Of a DNA stretch of 64,000 nt, positions 23,100-36,111 are shown piece after piece. The position numbers and the translations under genes were made by a program. The notes beneath the pieces were generated by a model. It saw only the letters and a list, made by a program, of their open reading frames with translations. It was not told the DNA's origin and searched no databases. The stretch's first letter is position 1; each line of letters opens with the position of its first letter. Source of the DNA: Euglena gracilis (taxonomy: Eukaryota); contig CP154954.1 in NCBI GenBank assembly GCA_039621445.1, positions 24,192,954-24,256,953 on the forward strand, written 5' to 3'.

Positions 23100-24111
23100 C
23101 ACTTCCTTACTATACCTTTCTGATTATTTTCCCCGGTCGATTATTCCCCCCCCCACTTTCGGCCCAAAAACAGGAAAGCCGGACCCGGGCGATTATCCCC
23201 CCCCCCAATTTTTGGACTTTCTGGGTGACAAACACAAAGGAAAGTGCTCATGATGCTGATGCGCCTGATGCTGTGCTCAACTCACTTACGACGAGGGCGC
23301 AGATTGTTTCATGCAGTTCTGCTTACAATACAATATTTTCCACTGTTCCGCTGACCTACATTGCGGGCACCAGATGTGCCTCGCTTCTTGTTCACAGCCT
23401 TCATACTTGGCTTCACGGGCGTAACAAAAGTACTTGCAGTGGGGGACCCGGGCGATTATTTCCCCCCCTGGTTTCCGGCTCCGTGGGGGGGGAATAATCA
23501 AAAAGGTATAGTAATGACATTTGGGCTGACCAAGCCCGGGAGCTGACTGATTGTACAGGGTGTACACTGATTGTTCGAGTGCCCATTCTTGGCCTGGACC
23601 CAGTGTCTCACTTTTGACCTTTCTGGCATTGAACTTTTCAAAACTTCCAGCACAGCACGAGTAAAGACTGGACTTCTTGAAAGTTCAATCAGTGACCCAC
23701 GCAATCAGTGTAAGCATTTTGCTCCCTACAAAACAATTGGCATTCTTCATTCGCTTTGCGTGCCTTCGGCACCCAGCGGCTAGCTTGACACAGGCACAGA
23801 CACTTGGGACACAGGTCGGCAGAGCTGGCGTTTTTTTGTTTTTTAAAAAAATGTTTTTTTGTTTTTTATTTAAAAAAACGGGCAAAAAACGGCAAAAAAA
23901 CAAAGGGGAAAATGATGGTCCAAATTTTGCCTTTGATCGCAAGGGTGAACCAATCTTAGCTCAAATGACTTGAAAACCAATACTTTTGGTTGTCTTCAAC
24001 AAGAATGGTCAAAATAGGGCATTTTTCTGCCATTTTGGCTTGAAACCATTCCAAACTCGGTCCTTTTTTGACAGAGCGCGGGAACAAAAGGCAAAATTTA
24101 CCTGTTAACTA

Positions 24112-24324
24112 CCACTACCCCCCCTTATTTGACCCCCCCCTTAATTGAGCATTTGGGTCTGGGAAAATTTTTTTTAAGGCGCCGAAGGCGCTGAAAATTT
24201 TTTTTGGCCTGTCTCAAAGCCAAATTTTTGACCCCCCCCCCCTTATTTGACCCCCCCCCCTTAATTGAGCATTTGGGGGGTCCTTTAGGCCGTAGGTGTG
24301 CTCAAATAAGGGGGGGGGTAGTGG
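24112..24324. mobile_element. MITE with TA TSD (Tc1/mariner-type)
   Basis: TA|CCACTACCCCCCCTTATTTGA...TCAAATAAGGGGGGGGGTAGTGG|TA; related inverted copy at about 34685-34886. Confidence 0.8.
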
Positions 24325-24559
24325 TATGCTTTTTGTATTTGGGAAGCTCGCTGACCGAGGATGGGCTAAAATTAAAGGCAATTTTTTTTTGCCCTGGACC
24401 CTCAATGGTGTTTTTTTTGTTTTTTTTAAAAAACATGTTTTTTTTAAAAAAAACGTGTTTTTTGACTTCGTTTTAAACGAAGTGCCAGCTATGCAGGTCG
24501 GACTTGGACTTGGACAGACTGGGCAGTTGCCACCGACACCGAAACCGGTGCTGGAGAGG

Positions 24560-25530
24560 CGGCGTGAGAGACAACGCGGCGGGTGTAGAGTATGACGAGG
24601 CAGAAAACACGTACGAGCAAACCATCGGGATGTACGACGAGGCAGATGCCGCAAGTGAAGGATGCGAGGAGGAAGCTGGACCTCCTGGGCAGCTGCACCT
24701 GGGAGATGTGGAATAAATGGCCCACCGCGGCAATGGAAGAGATGGACAAGGAGATCAAGTCCACGAAGGAGGCGTCCGCGGTAGCCTTATCTGCAAGTGG
24801 CAGAGGGGAAGGCAAGGTCATCGCGCAGTTCATGGAGACCATCCAAGCGAAGTACCAACGGCTCGAGGGCCGGTTGGTGCAAGCCATCGCTGCCGTGCAG
24901 GCCGAGCACCGATGATGCGAGGCAGAGGTGCTGAGCTTCATGGCAATGGTGCATGCCGGGCCCGGAGAAGGGGTGGCCCGGGTGGTGGACCCGGAGACCG
25001 CGGTGGAGGTGTCCCGGCTCCGGGAAGCCATGGCTACGCGGGAGGAGCTCGCCGTAGTGGTGCCGCAGATGGAGGAACGACCACAGCCGATGGAGCTCAA
25101 CTACCGGGGGGATGAAAATACCGCTCGGTAGCAATACCGAATGGATTAATACCGCTCTTTAATAAAACCTGCCAGATGCCTGATCGTTACGCTGTCAGGC
25201 AGGAAAAACTCACTCCGCGGCCCAGATTAATTTTTGCCTGATCCTAATTCCAGCCGCCGTGCCAGAAAAATGCCCAGATCGCCAGTTACGGAAACTCGCC
25301 CATTAATTAATGCAGCGCGGTATTTTCATCCCTCCGGTACAAGATGGAGATCTCGGTGCAAGTGCAGTATTTCAACAAGCTGTCTGAAAAGATTGCAATG
25401 GAGCTGGAAGACAAATGCAGGATGTACTTGGAGAAGACGTTGCGAGAAGTGGATCACGTGGTGACGACCATGTTAAGAGAGATACTGGAGACGAAGGAGC
25501 GGATCAAGCAGTGTTGTGCCAGGTTGTCAA
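24560..25530 (+). pseudogene. Decayed coiled-coil-like coding sequence interrupted by a MITE
   Basis: GC-rich E/A/K-rich frames 24504-24716, 24592-24915, 24928-25103, 25340-25530; stop at 24913; frame restored across the MITE (ELNY|KMEIS). Confidence 0.55.
25104..25337. mobile_element. MITE with TA TSD
   Basis: TA|CCGGGGGGATGAAAATACCGC...GCGGTATTTTCATCCCTCCGG|TA. Confidence 0.9.
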
Positions 25531-26424
25531 GTGCCCGCTCGGCCGCGGGACCCTCCGTGTCTGCGGTCTGCCTGTGTCTGCAGACGACGCCACCAACCTG
25601 GGGTGCCACCGATCCTTACCAACCGCCCCCCGGCCTGCATCGGCGGGGGCGGCCCGAGCCCCAGCTGAGCAGTCCGCATCGTCGAACTCCGTTCGCTCTG
25701 CAAGGGACGGATTCTCACCGCCGCACTCTGCATATGCATTTCAACGGCGACCGACCACGGCAGTCACACGAGCAGAGTCACTGTCCGTGTACCAGCACCA
25801 ACCACCATCGTCCATCGTCCAGCGAGCACTATCACGCACGCAACCGTCCAAAACGTCGCTGTCTGTGTCGTCGTCACATCGGTCTGCACCGGCATCGCGT
25901 CCCCCGAGCACCACCCGCTTCTCAGCTCAGGCCACCGGTTGGGGCAACATTATGGTCTATGTAAAACGGTCCTTTCTCTCGGGGGCGGAAAGGGAACGAA
26001 ACCCTGGGCAGGGGAGTGTCAAAGGACGGGCTTTTTCGGATTCTCTGTGCAACTGGCAACTGTTCAATCACTCACCCGTTTGTCTGGTAGCGACTGGCTA
26101 CTGTTCAACCACCGTTGGCCGTTTAATGTCCCATTTGACAAAAATTGGGGGTCTGATGTCCAAAATGGCTGACGCCCCTGAATTTCCTAATTATAACCTA
26201 TTTGCCTAAATGTCCTAATTTAACCTATTTGCCCGTCATCTATCTGACGACGGAAAACCCTGGTGCGGCGTACGTTGATGAGGACGATGATGTCACCTTC
26301 GCTTTCGGCACACTCAGTGATGTTGATGTGGACGATGGTGTCGGTTGACACCTGCCGCAGGCAGGATCTCTCACCTTCCTTTGGAGAATTCAGGCCTCTT
26401 CTCTTTATTTGGACCTGCTGCTAT

Positions 26425-26690
26425 GTGGACACAAGATGTAGCCCCCTCCTTTGACCAAGATGTGCCAGAAAGCCGGACCCAAAATGTTTCCCCCAACCGT
26501 GGCCAAGATGTGGCACCAAAATGTTGCACACCTGTGGCACCAAACTGCCCCCAAGATGTGCACCACACTGGCGCCAAGATGTGCACCAAAGACCCCAAGG
26601 TGTGCACCAAACTGGCCCCAAAATGTGGCCATCAGAATGGTCCCAAAATGCTCGTAGCCAAGATGTGGCCCAAGATGTGGCACCAAATTG
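26425..26690. repeat. Degenerate minisatellite (CAAGATGTG...CACCAAA units)
   Basis: Repeated CAAGATGTG / TGTGCACCA words. Confidence 0.65.
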
Positions 26691-26857
26691 GGGGTGAATG
26701 TTGCAGGTGCTTGGGTTGACAAAAAACTGTTTAAGGATCTTTTCCCAGGGAGCTTTTCCTAGGGCAAGGCAAAACATCTGAAGCATGAAAGGAGCAAACT
26801 ACTTGTGCAGGACATCACGATGGGGGTGCTACCCCCGTGACCCCCCCCCCCCGTGAC

Positions 26858-27205
26858 CAGGGTTCGATATAAGGAGGGCGTACATGGTTTAGGTGGGGGG
26901 GGTGTCCCCCCCCACCCCCCCCCCCTCCGACCCTCGGGGGGGTTCCCGGGACCCCCCCCAAAAAGGGTCAATTTTTTCCTCCGGCGCTTCGAGCCGAAAT
27001 TTTTTTGCATTTTTGGCACATTTTTGCCCCAAAAGTGCCCAAAATGGCACTTTTGGTCGTTTTGGGGGGTCAAAAAATTTTCGGTCACCCAGACCGCGCC
27101 ACTGTTTAGGTGGGGGGGGGTGTCCCCCCCCCCCCCCCCCCCCTCCTGGCCCGCAAGGGGGGGGTCCGGACCACCCCCCCCCACCTGTCCTTATATCGAA
27201 CCCTG
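26858..27205. mobile_element. hAT-type MITE, 8-bp TSD
   Basis: CCCGTGAC|CAGGGTTCGATATAAGGA...TCCTTATATCGAACCCTG|CCCGTGAC. Confidence 0.92.
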
Positions 27206-28340
27206 CCCGTGACCCCCCGGTGACCCGAGAATCGAGCCTTCAATTTTCATACAATGCATCAACCTTCACCACTTCAGCCTTACTTTTCATTCATCATTTG
27301 ATTTTTGATGTAGGTGGCGGTTTGGTTGCTTTTCATCAATTTTCTGGTTGAAACCATCGGAAATTTACCTTGACATGGTCAAAAAATGGAAAGAAATGCC
27401 AAGATTTGAGGTGAAAAAAATTTCGACCCAAACAATGGCGCTTTTTTGGCGTATGAATTTGACCAAAAAAAATGTCCTATTGGCAAAAGGGGAGATTGCG
27501 GAAGTCCAAAAAGTGGTCATTTTTGGCCATTTTTGGGCCATTTTGACCAAAAAAATGCTTTCTGGTCCGAAAGTGGTCATTTTTGGGTGATTTTTATGTC
27601 CGATATTGGTCATTTTTTTCATTTTTTTTTGAAGGGGAATTTTGTAGGATTTTCTTGACCGTCACATTTTTTTGGGATGCATTTTGGGCCATTTTGAAAA
27701 AACGGCATGGCAAAAAGGGGGGGAGGAAAAAGATGAAATTTTTATGGAAGAAACCCCCCCCAAAAAAAACAGAAAAGAATTGTCCTCACCCCACCTTCCA
27801 TTTGGACTACCACCCCCCCCCCCATATTGTCCCCCCCCCCATATTGTCCCTCGGCCCGGCCGACGAGGGGTTTTTTTGGCTCGGTCAATGAAATTTCCTT
27901 TGGTACCCCCATATTGTCCCCCCCCCATATTGTCCCGGCGGGCCTCCTGGGGAGAGGTCGGTGGGACAATATGGGGGGGGGGGTGGTAAGCCCCTCTTTG
28001 GCACCCAACGCCCAACGCACCTTCACACCCAAAAATGGCCAAGAACCTTGTCCCCTAAAAAGGTGCCAAAAATTGGTGCATTTCCACACCCAAAACAGCA
28101 TTTTTTGGCCATTTCTTCAAAATGGCCATTTGGGAATTTTTTCCTGGGCCCAAAAATCACTGATTTTAGGATGCGTGCCGCCCTGCTTGTGATGGGATGC
28201 AACATCATGGATGCTGCCTCCCAACTACCTCCAAAGTGGCATTCTTCCCCCGTGACCCCCCCCCCCCCATGACCCGCACCACCCCCGATGGCCAATCCCA
28301 ACAAAATGGAGCAGTTTAGCGTCCAAATTAGGACTGTAGA

Positions 28341-29600
28341 CGGTTGACTGGGGGGGGGGGGGTCCTGGGTGGTCGGCCGACCAGTCGGCCGACCACCCAA
28401 TTGGTCGGCCAACTAGGCCTGGTCGGCAGCTAGTCGGCGAGACAGGGGGGGGGGGTACTGGGTTGTCGGCGGATTAGTCGGCCGACCACCCACTCTAATG
28501 TAGTTACGGGCCAGTCTCGCCGACTTTTAAGCCCCCCCCTGAGAAAAAACTTTTGTCCAAATCACCCCAAAACCAGTCAAAACCCACTCAAATGGCTCCA
28601 GAACCCCCCAATCGGGTGTGAATATGCAAAAAACTGGGGGCAAAATGTCCATTTTGGGCCACTTTTGGGAAAAGAACACTTCTCCCCGTTGGATTTTCAA
28701 TGTATAAGTCAAAATTTGCACAAAAAGGACTTAGCCCTCCAAGTATATTGCCAACATAGAAGGGATTTTGTTATTGGGGGGGGGGGGGGGGGGGGGGGGG
28801 GCGGAGCCCCCCCCGCCTATGCCAAAGTGAGCCACAAAAACGACTTAGCCCCCGAGTATGTTGCCAACATAGAAGGGATTTTGTTATTTGAGGGGGGGGG
28901 GCGGGGGGGGGCGGGGCCACCCCCCCCCCGCCTATGCCAAAGTGAGCCACAAAAACGACTTAACCCCGGAGTATGTTGCCAACATAGAAGGGATTTTGTT
29001 ATTTGAGGGGGGTGCGGGGGGGGGGCGGAGACCCCCCCCCCCCTCTATGGCAAAGTGAGCCACAAAAACGACTTAGCCCCCGAGTATGTTGCCAACATAG
29101 AAGGGATTTTGTTATCTGTGCTCGGGTGGGGGTGGAGGGGGGAGTTTTCAGCCTGTCGTGATGCAGAATGCTTGCATTTCTAAAGGATTTTCATGTAATC
29201 CCTGTTTCGTCATTGATTTTTTACCCCTCCGGACCCCATCAAGGGCCCACCAACCCCCCACCGACCAAAGATTTCCATCTGAGGGTGTTCCTGATGGTGT
29301 AAGGCACTTTTTTGGACCCATCTGGACCATTTCCGGGTGGTTTGGACCTGCCACAGACCATTTTTATGACCACCGACTAGCCACCGACTAATTTGCATAC
29401 AATTTTCTTCATAAAAAGTCGGCGAGACTGGCCCGTAACTACATTAGAGTGGGTGGTCGGCCGACTAATCCGCCGACCACCCAGGACCCCCCCCCCCTGT
29501 CTCGCCGACTAGCTGCCGACCGGGCCTAGTCGGCCGACCAGTTGGGTGGTCGGCCGACTAGTCGGCCAACCACCCAGGACCCTCCCCCCCCAGTCTACCG
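28341..29600. mobile_element. Non-autonomous TIR element with GTCGGCCGAC clusters, copy 2 (inverted relative to 5297-6493)
   Basis: Same termini and internal GCCTATGCCAAAGTGAGCCACAAAAACGAC repeats. Confidence 0.85.
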
Positions 29601-30203
29601 CCTAGAGCCCCAGATTAGAAACAAACTCCTTCCAATAAGTGGGTCTCAGCGATTTCTGCTTGACAATCATCTGCAACAGCGCCTCAGCTGCTGGCTACTC
29701 CTCATAATAGACTTCAGCAATTTTTTGTCAGTGATCTGCAGCAGAGAAAAAAAGATCATTCCCTGACAGCATTGTTTGGCAAACCTTTGTCACCAGAGAA
29801 GAGCTTGATGCCGAGAGAAGTCAACGTCTTCTGGTATCTTAGCACAATTAGAAACAAGCAAACCCTGCACCGCACGAAGGGGAAAATGTGCCGTCTGGGT
29901 CAGTTGACGGCTTGTGTGTAGTAAAAGGCGAGACCTTTCGCGATTTTGAGACCAACCTAGCCGTCCGTCCGTCCAGACCAAAATGCACGGCCGAAACCCT
30001 GTCCAGCCGTCCGTCCAGATGTAAGGAATTTTCTCTAGCCGTCCGTCCATCCGTCCGTCCGTCCGTCCGTCCGTCCGTCCGTCCGTCCGTCCGCACAGCT
30101 CCAATGGCTCGGAGAGGGTGGGTTTTGCCACATTTTCAGCCACATTCAATGCCCTCTTTCAAAAAGAAGTGCCACTGTCTCGCTGCCCTTTGGCGGCGAA
30201 AAA

Positions 30204-31138
30204 ACAACAACCGTGTCTGCACTTCAAGCCCCGTTCCAGATTACCTGAGACGGACATTTTTGTAGTCGATAAAAATATTGATCACAAAATCGCCAAAGGT
30301 ATGCACCTTTGGTACAGCGTCACCCCGATCTCCCCCCCCCCCGAATAATCCCCCCCCATTTTTGGCCAATTTTCGGAATCCTGGTGTGGTCCAAAAAACA
30401 GCTGAATAATCCCCCCCCCAGAAAAATTTGGAATGCCAGTTGTGGTGATAGACACAAAGAGTTGGAACTCATTCTCTTCACCAGCCCGAAGGTCACTTCC
30501 TGGGGCGCAAGTTCAGTGCAAGAGAACGAGCCAATTTGGCATCGAGGTCAGATTGTGCAGCGTCAGCTGCCTCCCCATCGCTCAGAATGTCAGCAATAGG
30601 GGGCACGACAACACCGTCTGTGGGACAGTGGAAATCAAATGCAATGCCCCGAAAAGAGTTCAAAATCCACAACCAGTCCAAAAAACAGCTGAATATTCCC
30701 CCCCTCAAATTTTTGGAATTTTGGCTGCCCAAGGGGGGGGGGGGAATTGATCGGGGTGACGCTGTAAGTCCGCTGGAAAGGGTATGGGCCCGAGGAGGAT
30801 GCTTGGGAGCCAGCAACCAGTTTTGTTGGGTATGTCCAGCAAGAATGGAAGCTGTGGAACAAAAAGCACAACATTGATGTTTCCATTACAAGCTTTTGAG
30901 AACGCATGGGGGACCCATGTTGTTACATGTGTATAGTCCTGGTGACCGCGTGTGGGTGCGGAATAGCCGTACTCGCATGTAGTCTTGCAAGTTGGCTCGG
31001 CTTTGGCTCGGCCCCTGCGAGAGCCTATAAAGACCAGGTACAAGCAGGCGTTATAAGGTCGCACTACCCATTGGTGTTGAAGACGTTCACATGGAATACT
31101 TCAAACCGTACCTGACACCGCGGGATGGGACACAACAA
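30204..31138 (+). mobile_element. Permuted fragment of the gypsy integrase C-terminus/chromodomain
   Basis: Homologous to the reverse complement of 650-1125 with the two halves swapped; split by a MITE. Confidence 0.8.
30315..30764. mobile_element. MITE with TA TSD inserted in the chromodomain relic
   Basis: TA|CAGCGTCACCCCGATC...GATCGGGGTGACGCTG|TA. Confidence 0.9.
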
Positions 31139-31464
31139 TGGTTTTGTTTGGCTTGCCATGTATCTCCCCCCGAGAAAAGAAGCTTCTGCACCCCTACTCC
31201 CGACTGCCTCCAAAGTAGCATACTTCCCCCCACCTGACCCCACCTGTGACCCCCCCCCCCCCGTGACCCTCCCCGTGACCCCCAAAACTTTTCTTTGGTG
31301 ACAAATTGGCTATTGCTTGCGGCCGTCCGCTTTCGCCTTGGGAAAATGATTTGTCTCCTTTGCCCGGTACAGAAAGTTCCGATATCATTCAAAAACACAC
31401 AGCGGCAATTTTTTTGGCTCCCCCCCCCCCCCGGGGGAAAAATTGTTCCTACACCTATGACGCC

Positions 31465-32750
31465 CATCCTAGGGTCGTGGGCCGACCCTCGGGTCGACCT
31501 TGGGGTCGGCCCACCCACGACCTCGACCCCCCCTATCAAAAAAATTCGAAATTTTTTTTGATGCTTTAGGCCTTCAAATACAAAGAAAACAAACCAAAGA
31601 GATAAACCCCCCCCCCCAAATAACACCCCCCCCCCCGGTGTGTTATTTGGGCACCCGAACTGGGGCCCCAGGGGGGTGTGTGTTATTTGGGGGGGGGTGT
31701 TATTTTTACATGGAAAACCAAAGGAAAACAGGGGGTGTGTTATTTGGGCGCTCGAAATCGGCCCCCGAGGGGGGGTGTGTTATTTGGGGGGGGGTGTTAT
31801 TTGGGGGGGTGTGTTATTTGGGGGGGGTTTACTAAAATTGATTACTTATGCTAAAATACACCCCAAAGTCACTTCGTGACATGAGGGATTCTGTGCTTTT
31901 GGGGCCCTTGAAAGTTGAGCAACACAAGGTATTTCGCCCCCAAAACGACTTGGATACACAAGGGATTTGCCCCCCAAAATGACATGGAAACACAAGGGAT
32001 TTGCCCCAAAACGACTTGGAAACACAAGGGGTTTGCCCCCCAAAACGACTTGGAAACACAAGCGATTTGCTTCCCAAAACGACTTGGGAACGCAAGGGAT
32101 TTGCCCCAAAATGACTTTCCAAAGTTGCCAAAAATGATTGAAAATGTGCATTCAAATTTTTTCCATGCAAAACCTAGCGGGCGTTTTTTTTGTTTTTTTA
32201 AAAAAAAATTGTTGAACTTAGTAGGATTCAAAGTATGGCAAACTTGGGAGTATCATAGCGAGTTTTTTCAATGAAATTTTCCTTTTTTTTGAAGTTTTTT
32301 TTACTGTTTTTTTTAAAAAAAAAGAACATGTTGTTTTTTTTTTAAAAAAAATACAAAAAAATGCCCACTATGGTCCCCCAAAACGACTTGGAAACACAAG
32401 GGATTTGCCCCCAAAACGACTTGGAAACACAAGGGATTCGCCCCCCAAAATGACTTGGAAACACAAGACATTTTGTTATTTTGGGGCACTCGAGCAGTTG
32501 AACAACAAAAGGGATTTTGTTATTTCTTCTGGTTACTTTGTTTTCTTTTGTATTTGAAGGCCTAAAACATCAAAAAAAAACGAATTTTTTTTTGATAGGG
32601 GGGTGGGCGAGGTCGTGGGGTGGGCCGACCCTAGGGTCAGTCCACGACCCTAGGACGGACGACCCTGGGGTCGACCCACTCCACGTCCTGGGGGGGGGGG
32701 GGTCGACGTTAGCAACCTTAGCGACCCTAGCGACCCTAGGGTCGTATTGG
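31465..32750. mobile_element. Foldback-like element with long inverted arms, a nested MITE (about 31603-31831) and a 31-bp minisatellite
   Basis: 31500-31600 is the inverted complement of 32535-32635; CCCCAAAACGACTTGGAAACACAAGGGATTTG repeats at 31935-32115 and 32376-32468. Confidence 0.75.
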
Positions 32751-32759
32751 CGACCCTAG

Positions 32760-33240
32760 CCCCATGCCAGATCCGGGATATGAACACGGTGTACCGTTTC
32801 TCCAGGTACAGGGAACGCAGCAAGGCTTTGAAGTTGTTCACCCGGGTGGTGTAGTCGCTAGGCAGAAATTGCTTTGCCCCTGTAACTCGGTGATACACCA
32901 CCCATTACCACCGCGCCACCTGGTGAAAAATTCATCCCTGTGGTGTTCCTTCAAAGCCACCAGATCCAGTTGGACTTCAGGAGACAGCGTTGTGATAAAT
33001 TCCTCAAGCAATGAACGCGTCACAACTTCAGCATCCCGGACAAAACAAAAAAAATTGTGCAGCTTCTCGCCCAATACACGGTACTTCATCAACGGGCGGT
33101 TACTTTTTTGGCTACCTTTTCCGGTTTGTTCCTCCGAAACCCGATCAACGGGCTTCGGAATGACCACAGCTCCCTCCCGCCGGCTGTTGGGGAAGACAGG
33201 CTTGAAAGACAGCATCGTCTGGCGCATTTTGGGAGCCATG
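32760..33240 (-). pseudogene. pogo/Tc5 (CENP-B-like HTH) transposase N-terminal fragment
   Basis: KYRVLGEKLHNFF..VR...VVTRSLL...FFTRWR, then after a frameshift YHRVTGAKQFLPSDYTTRVNNF; recognised by eye. Confidence 0.55.
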
Positions 33241-36111
33241 GCTGCAAAAAGAGAAAGAATGTAAAAAAATCCTTGCGGAAAATGGCCAGGGACAATAAGG
33301 GGGCGGGGACAATAAGGGAGGGGTATTGCCACACATTCTCCCACTTGTGGAACTTCCAGCCTTCACGCCTACTTTTGACGTAAGGTGCCTCACCCAGCAC
33401 ACCCCGCCCCCCTCCCCCCCGAATAACCCTGAAACCGGGGAGTGGGCTTCTATTTGGGGGGGGGGGGGTGGGGCACTATTTGGGAAAGTGGTCGAAAACC
33501 AAGGTGTCTGAGTCTTGTCGAATGAATTTCTTTGTGGGTCCACATGTCCTACCTTTCCCAACCATGCAAAGTGATTTCTTGTGAATGGATTGCATTATTA
33601 AACGTAAACCCATTGAACCAATGGCTGAAGGAGCCAAAGGACTTGTTGTCCCAATTGGCATGCAATCCACAGGGTGGGGCCAGGCGGGGGGGGGGGGACT
33701 ATTCAGAACGTTGGTTGAAAACCGAGGGGGGGCTGTTCCCAGGTTTTTTCTTTTTGTCGCGAGCGATTGGATTTCTAATTTTCTAATCACCTCTGTTTGA
33801 CCCCCAACTCCCCCTCCAGGCCCGATTTTTTTTTCAGCCGCGAAGGGGTCCAAACTGGGTAGGATATAAGCCATCCCCCTCCCCAGTTTCAACTCTGCCA
33901 TTTCGTCGGGGTCAGATTTTCGTTCAAAAGATCGATGTTCCCAAAATATCTCGAGAAAACGTACATTATCTCCGGAAGTGTCTCGCAGACCAAATGACCC
34001 GTAAATAGAAGCCCGGCACCTGCCCTGTGAATGTGAACAAGAAAAACAGGGTGTATTGTCAATTCACAAAAATATGCCCTTTTTTTTGTGATACCGTATT
34101 CACAAAAAAGCAGGGCATATTTTCGTGAATAGGATTTTTTTGTGCAAATGGTAAATTCAGGAAATGGAAATTGCCCGCTATTGAACCAAGACAAAGAGCA
34201 AAAAGGGGATGTAACGACACATGAGGCAGTGATGAGCAAGGTCGGTGCACAACCTGTGCAACGACGGCGACACACCCATGATCCATGTTTGGGCTCATGA
34301 CACAAAATCACACAATGCCTATGGTACGACAACGAACACATGACATTGCACATGGTTCATCACGACAAGGGGAGCGTGGCGAACAACCACAGCACATCGG
34401 GCGAAGGCAGGAGCAGCACATTGTTTGATCACCACTTGCCCATCAAAAAACAGTGGGGGATCAAGCACCCAAGCAGTCCAGGCACAAAGGAAAGCGCCTA
34501 GTTCCTCGAGACAGCACCAAGCACATTGCAAACCTCCTCAAATTCAAGGAGGTGTGTGAATGCGGATTGCTCTATCCCTTCAGAACCGGATGCTTTCTTC
34601 TTGGTGGCCTCCACCAGAACTCTACCATTGAAGGGGTCAACGACAGGGTTTTTTCTTTTATCCCAACCTTGCTTAATTGTGGCCTACCACACCCACAGCC
34701 TAAAGGACCCCCAAATGCTGAATTACGGGGGGGGGTCAAATAAGGGGGTCAAAATTTTGGCTTTGAGAGAGGACAAAAATTTTCGGCGCCTTCCGTGCCT
34801 TAAATTTTTTTCCCCGGAACCAAATACTCAATTAAGGGGGGGGTCAAATAATTAATTCAATGCTCAATTAAAGGGGGGGTCGTGGTAATTGTGGTTTAAT
34901 TCTAGCAACTTTTGGGGGTTGCGGCAACATTCGGTCCATAGTGTTTGCAGTTCTTTGCCCTTAAATCAGATTGAAGCACAACACAGTGAATGTACATACC
35001 CTTATGTCCACACCCTTATGCTCTAAGCCGAAAATCCGCGCAAGGCCAAGCATTGTGGGGGCCTTTGGGCATCGGACCAGGCGCCTTTGGCGCTCGGTCC
35101 CCCCCCCCCAAAGTGCCCCCCAATAACTTTGCCTTATGCCCATATCTCGTTTTCCAGCGCCAGCCGCACGATATGTTCATGGTTAGGGTCATCCGGATGA
35201 ACATTTCATACATTGGTTTCTATTCATGAAAAACAGGGTGTATTTCCTATTCAAGAAAATATTCCTTTTTTTTCGTGAATACCTTTATATGAAAAACAGA
35301 GCAGATTTTTGTGAATACCCCCCCCCCCTCAAAGTGGCCACCCTCCAGGCAACATGAAACCCCAAAACGGCCACTGTAGGGGAGGGGACACTTTGGGGGG
35401 GAGGCACTTTTTGGGTTTCAGTGCCTTCGGCGCCAAAAGAAAGTGGCCACTTTGAGGAGGGTAAACCAAATTTGCCAAAAAATTTTGGCCACTCTGAGGG
35501 GGGGGGACACTTTGAGGGGGTGGCGTGAGGCAGGATTTTTTTCTCAAAAAGTGAAAAAAAAAGTTCCCCAAATGTCCCAAACCATGGCTTGAAGCACACC
35601 AACAAAATACAGGGAAGGCGCCGGGCCTTTCTATTCACGGTTACAGAAAAATCGTGGGCTCTAACCCGTATACAGGGCGTAAAAAGGGTTTTGCCCACAA
35701 TTTTTAAATAATCACTCCCCGTTTCGCCACTTTGGCCACGCCTGACCCGTGTTCCGGCGTGCTTTTGTGGCCCAAAATGGCCATTTTGGGGAGTTTTTTT
35801 GGGGGGGCAATTTTTGGTAAAAAAACCAATTTTTTCCAAAATATCTCGTCAATGAAGCAAAATCAAAGGAAATGTCCAGAGAGCAAAAATGAAGCCCTTG
35901 GAACACCCTATCCAACTTTACCTTTCCCCCAACTCTTCGTGTAGCCCGAGTTACGGCCATTTTGTTTGGCCAAAACTTTGGCCCATTTCAGGGGCAATTT
36001 TGGGCCGTTTTCGGGGGTCCAAATGCTCATTCAACCCTTTTTGAATTTTGAATGGATTTTTTTTTTAGAAAAAATATTCACCATTCATGTTGTTTTTCCC
36101 CACAGTGTGAC

